From Zygophlyctis sp. KS116 (lineage: Eukaryota; Fungi; Chytridiomycota), in contig BAAFSQ010000497.1 in the NCBI GenBank assembly GCA_054661495.1, positions 1-5,175 on the forward strand: DNA of 5,175 bases, in the 5' to 3' direction. The translations under genes and the position numbers were made by a program. The stretch's first letter is position 1. The number at the start of each line of letters is the position of its first letter. The notes under the pieces are model-generated. The model was not told where the DNA came from. It searched no databases and saw only the letters and a list, made by a program, of their open reading frames with translations. This document shows positions 1-5,175 of this stretch, one piece after another.

Positions 1-54
1 TCCCTTAAGTTTTGCTTTAAATCAATAAAAAAATTGCATTAAAATTTTCGCGTT

Positions 55-93
55 TTTATTAACTTTGAAACCCCCTAATAATACTTATTTATT
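55..93 (-). terminator. Candidate polyadenylation signals for MTHFR
   Basis: AATAAA at 93-88 overlaps tandem stops (TAA TAA), and a second AATAAA lies at 60-55. The AT-rich context makes chance occurrence plausible. Confidence 0.35.
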
Positions 94-2043
94 AGTTGGC
101 TAATGTATCCTTATTATTGAAGATATTTGAGAAATAAGTTTGAGATTTGAAATTGTTGTCTACAATATTAACGAGAAACCAGTTATCAGAAACGGAATTC
201 AGAACTTTTCTAGCATTACTGGAAGAGGGGAATATGTTCGACCACTGATCCCATAAGTGGAATGCCTCGTCCTATTGATTAATTTTTCAGAATTCACCTT
301 CCATGCCGTGAAACTATCTCCTTCAACAATTGTAGGCTGAATAATTTCTCTTCCGGGAAAAACTCCCCACGTTACAGCGTTTACATCATTATCAGATGTA
401 TTCCGTTTTAATTCACCCTTTTCATTTAATTGAAAAACCAAGTTACCGATTTGTTTACCGCATGGAGCGTCAAATGGGGAAACAGCTTCACTTTTTCAAT
501 TAGTAAAGTTAGCTTTTCGGGAGCAACGAAAAACTCCAAGTATGCCTTCTGGAAGACAAATCCATTTTTTGGTCCCCAACCATGCACCGCATGAGATGAT
601 GGCGCACCATCAACTGACGGCTGACTGTTGATTGTTAAATACCCCAAAGAGTTTAATTCAATCAAATCCAAAATTATGGCATTAGATTCTGAAGAGAGAT
701 TACCATCACACCAAGGTAGTGCAGGGATTTCTCCCTTACAAAACTTAACAAACACTTTTGAAATGTCTTCAACATCTTTCGGCTCACCCCACATTTGTTT
801 GCATTGCTCAATAGAGTATTTCATACTCAGACTATGCCCTGTAAGATCTCCATAAGCCGGGGATCGCGAATCTCCCCATCTTCCATTTGGAAATTCATCC
901 TAAATTTAAATTTTTATAAAAATACCCATTCTTGAGTTCTCGCCAAATAACTAGAAACACGATTTCTCCAGAAAATAGGGCGTACATTTTCTTTCTCTCT
1001 CTTTGGACATTTCGAAGGATTCCAAGGGAGAGGCTTAATTTTTTCAGCATGAGGCACAAATCCCATGCCTTCAAGAATCAATCGCGTGGACCGTTCCAAA
1101 TTCAATGTATAAAAATGAAAACCTTCGACACCAAAGTTTTTCAATTTTGTGCACATTTGAATAGCAAGTTGAACCCCATAGTTTTTAACTGCCATATCAT
1201 CATCCTTCATTTTATATTTTGTAAGTCATACCTTTATTGGATCTAAATCTTCCAAAATAAATGAAGGAACAGCAGTTTTGCAAAGACTTGTCATTCGTTT
1301 AAACCCACCATAACTCTGAATCGGCATTATTCCAGGAAGAATTGGTATATCTATCCCCATATTTTTTACTTTTTCCAACCAATCAAGATACAATTCGGTA
1401 TCATAAAACAACTGGGTCACAATATAATCTGCTCCAGCCTCAACCTTTTCTTTCAAATAGGCCAAGTCCATCTCCCTATTGCCTAATTCAATATGACCTT
1501 CAGGATACGCTGCAACACCAATACAAAAATAATCTCCATACTCTTGTCTTATGTATTTCACAAGATCAGCAGCATAAGAGAATCCAGTTTCAATCTTTGT
1601 CCATTCTTCTTGTCCTCTAGGAGGATCTTTTTAAGTTAAAAAAAATTAAGTTTACCTCCTCTTAAAGCCAAAATATTTTGAATTCCAGCTTCTTGAGCTT
1701 CTTTCAATGCCATATCAATTTTCTCTCTAGGCATGTTCGTACATGTTCTAAACTTATCATGTTGTAAAATTACAAATGCATGCATGTTTCTAAGCCGTAA
1801 ACATTTTGTGCGTTTGAGCAGATGGTAAGAGTAAGATCTGCCGTAGTTCCACCAGCTCCCCAAGTAACATCGATAAATTCAGGACCCAACAAATACATTC
1901 TCTCCAACCGATCGTAGAGATTAGCCAATCCCTGCTCTGTTTTTGGAGGGAAATACTCAAATGACCAGAAGCAGCGTCCATCCTCTAATTGTAAGACAAG
2001 TACAAATACCTGCTGCTTTTTGGATTTTTTCGGTTATCTTCAT
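92..2043 (-). CDS. MET13: Methylenetetrahydrofolate reductase, eukaryotic type (catalytic TIM barrel plus C-terminal SAM-binding regulatory domain); 8 exons, 587 aa
   Basis: Manual splice model: complement(join(92..271,298..417,447..899,926..1204,1232..1626,1656..1747,1774..1984,2010..2043)) = 1764 nt = 587 aa + TAA, with all phases consistent. It begins MKITEKIQKAAEDGRCFWSFEYFPPKTEQGLANLYDRLERMY, resembling the yeast Met13 N-terminus (MKITEKL...SFEYFVPKT). Motifs: DVTWGAGG, MHLTCTNM, LALRGDPP, VAAYPEGH, EKVEAGADYIVTQLFYD, HFYTLN, VRPIFWRNR, WDEFPNGRWGDSRSPAYG, TINSQP, GWGPKNGFVFQKAYLEFF, NAVTWGVFPGREIIQPTIV, WKDEAF. MET13 versus the MET12 paralogue is judged from recalled similarity only. 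Confidence 0.96.
272..297 (-). other. MTHFR intron 7 (26 nt, phase 0)
   Basis: GTGAATTCTGAAAAATTAATCAATAG; removal restores SFTAWK-DEAFHLW. Confidence 0.95.
418..446 (-). other. MTHFR intron 6 (29 nt, phase 0)
   Basis: GTAACTTGGTTTTTCAATTAAATGAAAAG; removal gives HAVNKS-GELKRN. Confidence 0.92.
900..925 (-). other. MTHFR intron 5 (26 nt, phase 0)
   Basis: GTATTTTTATAAAAATTTAAATTTAG; removal restores RTQEW-DEFPNGRWG. Confidence 0.95.
1205..1231 (-). other. MTHFR intron 4 (27 nt, phase 0, contains an in-frame TGA)
   Basis: GTATGACTTACAAAATATAAAATGAAG; removal gives DPIK-DDDMAVK. Confidence 0.93.
1627..1655 (-). other. MTHFR intron 3 (29 nt, phase 1)
   Basis: GTAAACTTAATTTTTTTTAACTTAAAAAG; removal restores the catalytic LALRGDPP. 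Confidence 0.95.
1748..1773 (-). other. MTHFR intron 2 (26 nt, phase 2)
   Basis: GTAATTTTACAACATGATAAGTTTAG; removal restores the conserved MHLTCTNM. Confidence 0.95.
1985..2009 (-). other. MTHFR intron 1 (25 nt, phase 1)
   Basis: GTATTTGTACTTGTCTTACAATTAG; removal joins MKITEKIQKAA-E-DGRCFWSFEYFPPK in frame. Confidence 0.88.
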
Positions 2044-2204
2044 CTCAGGTCTTTCGCTCTCCCCTAGCCGTTATAAAACCATATTATTTATTACTCAAAT
2101 CGTAAGTACTACCTAAAAATAGATCACCTATAAAATTATTTATATTAATCATACTAAATAAATATTAAAATATTCCATTAATACTCGTATGCATTACTCC
2201 CAAT
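2044..2204 (-). promoter_or_regulatory. Short intergenic region holding the ankyrin gene 3' end and probably the MTHFR promoter/5' UTR
   Basis: 161-nt AT-rich spacer, with TATAAA at 2144-2139 and AATAAA at 2092-2087 on the minus strand. Positional inference only. Confidence 0.35.
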
Positions 2205-5174
2205 TTAAGTCCCACTCATCTGACTTACAATTCTAACTATACTATCATCAGAATTCACCCTTGGATCTTTTATCAAAAGATCAATTATTTCTGTCGAGTC
2301 ATTATATATGGCAAACTTTATAGCTTCATTAGTTTTGGCTGATGGATCAACTCTAGGATCTTTTAATAATAGTTGGACAATTTTAGTATGTCCTTGATCA
2401 GCAGCTAACCGAATAGCTTCATTATCTCGTGCTGAGGGGTCCGTTCTGGAATCTTTTAAGAGACTGCAAACGACTTTTGTATTTCCTGTACTAGAAGCAA
2501 ATCTGATTGGTGCATTATCTGCAACTGAAGGATCGACTCTGGAGTCATCTAATAAAATACAAACTATATCAAAATGGCGTTTGGTAGAGGTAAATTCAAG
2601 AGCCTGATTATTAGCAGCAGATGGATCAACTCTAGGATCAGTTAAGAGAAGTTTAACAATCTCCGTCTTTCCATCACTGGCAGCATATCTAAGGGCTTCA
2701 TTATTCCGTGCAGAAGGATCTGCTCTACCATCTTCCAAAAGTAGTCTTACAGTTTCCATGTGTCCTTTTGCAGCTGAAAAGCTGATGGCTTCATTATCTT
2801 TTGAACAAGGATTAACTCTTGTATCTTTTAAAAGAATTTTGACAATATCACTCTGTCCTTCGCCAGCAGCAAATCGAAATAAAATATCATCCCCAGCAGA
2901 TGGGTCAACTCTAGGATCCTGTAGTAAAATCCTAACAATGTTGAATTTTCTTTTAGTTGCAGCATATTTTATTGCAGAATTTTGAACTGCGGATGGATCT
3001 ACTCTAGAATCTTTCAAAAGCTGTGCGACAATATCCTCGGCTCCTTCACTTACAGCAAATCTTAGAACAATATTTTCAGAAATTGACGGGTCTACTCTGG
3101 GATCGTTCAAAAGAATCTTAACAATATCAAACCGCCCTTTCGTAGCAGCAAATTCAATGGCACCGTTTTCCTCAGCAGATGGGTCAACTCTAGAGTCCCG
3201 CAAAAGTATTTTGATGAGGTCAACTTGTCTTCCCCTAACAGCATATTTAAAAACAATATTATCTGCCACAGATGGATTCACTCTATGATCAGCTAACAAA
3301 ATCCGAACGATATCAAAATGGCCTTTAGTACAAGCATATCTAATTGCTTCATTAAGGACTGAGGATGGATCAACCCTGGAATCTTTCAATAGTCTTTTAA
3401 CGATTTCAGTATGACCCTGAGCAGCAGACAATCTAATAGCAGCATTATCTTTTGCAGAAGGATCAACTCTAGAATCTTTCATAAGTATTTTAACAATTTC
3501 AGTGTGGCCTTTACTAGCAGAATATCTAATAGCTTCATTATCAACTGAGGATGGGTCGACTCTCGGATCTTTCAAAAGTCGTTTAATGATTTCAACATGC
3601 GAATTAGAAGCTGCATATCTAATTGCAGCATTATCTTTCGCAGATGGATCCACTCTAGAATCTCTTAAAAGTTTCTTCAAAATTTCAGTGTGACCATCTC
3701 CGGCAGCAAATCTAATTGCAGCATTCTCCTTCGCAGATGGATCAACTCTGGAATCTTTCAAAAGTTTTTGGACAATTTCAATGTGACCTTGGCCAGCAGC
3801 ATATCTGAAAGCGGTATTATCTCCAGCGGAAGGATCAACTCTACAATCATCCGCCAAAAGCCCAACAATATCAAAGTAGGATTTAGAAGCAGCAAATCTA
3901 ATAGCTTCATTTTTATTGGCAGATGGATCCACCCTAGAGTCTTTCAGAAGCATTTCAACAATTTCAGTATAGCCATTTCCAGCAGCAAATCTAATGGCTT
4001 CATTATCTCCAGCCGATGGATCCACCCTCGAGTCTTTTAGAAGCATTTCAACAATTTCGGTATGGCCTTTTCCAGCAGCAAATCTAATGGCTTCATTTTT
4101 ATTGGCAGATGGATTCACCTTAGGGTCTTTAAGAAGCATTTTAACTATTTCAAACTGACCATTACTAGCAGCATATCTAATAGCAACATTATCTTCAACA
4201 CTCGGATCCACCCTTGAATCATCTAGTAAGAGCCGAACAATATTGAAATGACCTTGAGTAGATGCAAATCTGATTCCTACATTTCCCTCCGCAGATGGAT
4301 CAACTCTTACATCTTTTAAAAGTAGTTTCACGATTTCAATGTAACCTTGACGGGTAGAATAGATAATGGATTCATTATTATTTGCTGAAGGATCGACTTT
4401 TGGATTTTTCAAAAGCATTTTAAACATTTCGATATGACCATTAGCGGCAGCAAATCTAATCGCTGCATTGTCACCAGCAGACGGGTCGACTCTCGGATCA
4501 TTCAATAGAATCCGAACAATATCAAAATAACCTTTAGTGCAAGCATATACTAAAGCAGCATTTTCCATTGCCGAAGGATCCACTCTATAATCTTTCAATA
4601 GTATTTCAACGATATCAATGAGACCTTTCTCAGCCGCATATCTAATAGCTTCATTATTATTAGCTGATGAATCGACTCTAGGATCATTTAAAAGAGTTTT
4701 CAAGAGTTCTGTTTCACCTTTCATAGCAGCGAATCTAAGAGCAGTATTATCATATGCAGAAGGGTCAACCCTGGAATCTTTCATAAGTATTTCAACAATT
4801 TCAGTGTGGCCATTTCCAGAAGCATATCTGATAGCGGTATTATATTTTGCAGAAGGATCAACTCTAGATACTTTTATAAGTATTTCCACAATTTCAGTGT
4901 GGCCATTTCCAGCAGCAAATCTAATGGCTTCGTTATCTCCAGCCGATGGATCCACCCTTGAGTCTTTCAGAAGCATTTCAACAATTTCAGTATGGCCTTT
5001 TCCAGCAGCAAATCTAATGGCTTCGTTATCCGCAGCAGAAGGGTCAACACTGGAATCTCTCAGAAGCATTTCAGCAATTTCAGTATAGCCATTTCCAGCA
5101 GCAAATCTAATGGCTTGGTTATCTCCAGCCGATGGATCCACCCTCGAGTCTTTTAGAAGCATTTTAACAATTTC
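2205..5174 (-). CDS. Ankyrin-repeat protein, 5'-partial (frame open to the window edge; >=989 aa visible)
   Basis: Uninterrupted ORF ending in TAA at 2207-2205. The frame continues upstream of the ATG at 5162 as E-I-V-K (5174-5163), which is mid-repeat, so the true start is probably outside the window. The consensus AIR(F/Y)AAxxGHxEIV(K/E)xLLKD(S/P)RVDPSAxxNx matches the ankyrin helix-turn-helix pattern (..AA..G..EIV..LL). Confidence 0.93.
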   Translation of the reverse strand, partial: EIVKMLLKDSRVDPSAGDNQAIRFAAGNGYTEIAEMLLRDSSVDPSAADNEAIRFAAGKGHTEIVEMLLKDSRVDPSAGDNEAIRFAAGNGHTEIVEILIKVSRVDPSAKYNTAIRYASGNGHTEIVEILMKDSRVDPSAYDNTALRFAAMKGETELLKTLLNDPRVDSSANNNEAIRYAAEKGLIDIVEILLKDYRVDPSAMENAALVYACTKGYFDIVRILLNDPRVDPSAGDNAAIRFAAANGHIEMFKMLLKNPKVDPSANNNESIIYSTRQGYIEIVKLLLKDVRVDPSAEGNVGIRFASTQGHFNIVRLLLDDSRVDPSVEDNVAIRYAASNGQFEIVKMLLKDPKVNPSANKNEAIRFAAGKGHTEIVEMLLKDSRVDPSAGDNEAIRFAAGNGYTEIVEMLLKDSRVDPSANKNEAIRFAASKSYFDIVGLLADDCRVDPSAGDNTAFRYAAGQGHIEIVQKLLKDSRVDPSAKENAAIRFAAGDGHTEILKKLLRDSRVDPSAKDNAAIRYAASNSHVEIIKRLLKDPRVDPSSVDNEAIRYSASKGHTEIVKILMKDSRVDPSAKDNAAIRLSAAQGHTEIVKRLLKDSRVDPSSVLNEAIRYACTKGHFDIVRILLADHRVNPSVADNIVFKYAVRGRQVDLIKILLRDSRVDPSAEENGAIEFAATKGRFDIVKILLNDPRVDPSISENIVLRFAVSEGAEDIVAQLLKDSRVDPSAVQNSAIKYAATKRKFNIVRILLQDPRVDPSAGDDILFRFAAGEGQSDIVKILLKDTRVNPCSKDNEAISFSAAKGHMETVRLLLEDGRADPSARNNEALRYAASDGKTEIVKLLLTDPRVDPSAANNQALEFTSTKRHFDIVCILLDDSRVDPSVADNAPIRFASSTGNTKVVCSLLKDSRTDPSARDNEAIRLAADQGHTKIVQLLLKDPRVDPSAKTNEAIKFAIYNDSTEIIDLLIKDPRVNSDDSIVRIVSQMSGT

Positions 5175-5175
5175 G
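2232..5175 (-). repeat. Coding tandem array: 31 complete units of 93 nt (31 aa) plus a partial unit at the window edge
   Basis: The 985-aa translation splits exactly as 16 + 31x31 + 8 aa. Unit k starts at 5114-93(k-1), and no unit has an indel. The last unit diverges at its end (VNSDDSIVR). Confidence 0.95.

Noticed and set aside
902-923. Overlapping palindromes ATTTTTATAAAAAT and AAATTTAAATTT in intron 5
   Set aside because: They are pure A/T, expected by chance, and not seen in the other introns.
628-1620. Plus-strand ORFs 628-855, 932-1246 and 1342-1620
   Set aside because: They are antisense shadows of MTHFR exons with no recognisable protein features.
1636-1981. Minus-strand ORFs 1790-1981 and 1636-1863 as independent genes
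   Set aside because: 1790-1981 is an alternative frame of exon 2. 1636-1863 is an off-frame lead-in running through intron 2 into the true exon 3.
92-2043. MTHFR as a frameshifted pseudogene, a programmed frameshift, or several separate small genes
   Set aside because: Every break is bounded by GT...AG, and excision gives an intact 587-aa protein with conserved motifs.
92-2207. Ciliate-type alternative genetic code, suggested by the tiny introns
   Set aside because: There is no in-frame TAA/TAG in about 1570 codons of the two genes, and both end with TAA at plausible C-termini.
2197-2228. GTAAGT donor near the ankyrin gene stop codon
   Set aside because: No TAG/AAG acceptor lies 25-29 nt away. 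The GAG at 32 nt would lead straight to another stop.
2758-5088. Plus-strand ORFs 2758-2985, 3502-3693, 3690-4040 and 4618-5088 with repetitive translations
   Set aside because: Their periodicity simply mirrors the antisense ankyrin array, and they are broken by stops elsewhere in the array.
2232-5175. CRISPR array or TALE-type DNA-binding repeats
   Set aside because: The units are fully coding, with no repeat/unique-spacer structure. The 31-aa consensus is ankyrin-like and lacks the TALE LTPxQVVAIAS pattern.

Overview
This is AT-rich eukaryotic genomic DNA, probably from an early-diverging fungus (inferred from the Met13-like protein). It carries two tandem minus-strand genes separated by only 161 nt. 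(1) A complete methylenetetrahydrofolate reductase gene (MTHFR, MET13-like; 2043->92, 587 aa). The ORF track shows it as fragments because it is split by seven GT-AG introns that are all only 25-29 nt long (25, 26, 29, 27, 26, 29, 26). Removing them restores one continuous frame with the expected MTHFR motifs. (2) A 5'-truncated, intronless ankyrin-type repeat gene (>=5174->2205) with 31 complete, indel-free repeats of exactly 31 aa (93 nt). Its variation is concentrated at a few positions, and it has near-identical DNA copies at non-adjacent repeats. The most notable signals are the uniformly ultra-short introns in a standard-code organism and the apparently recombining ankyrin array.
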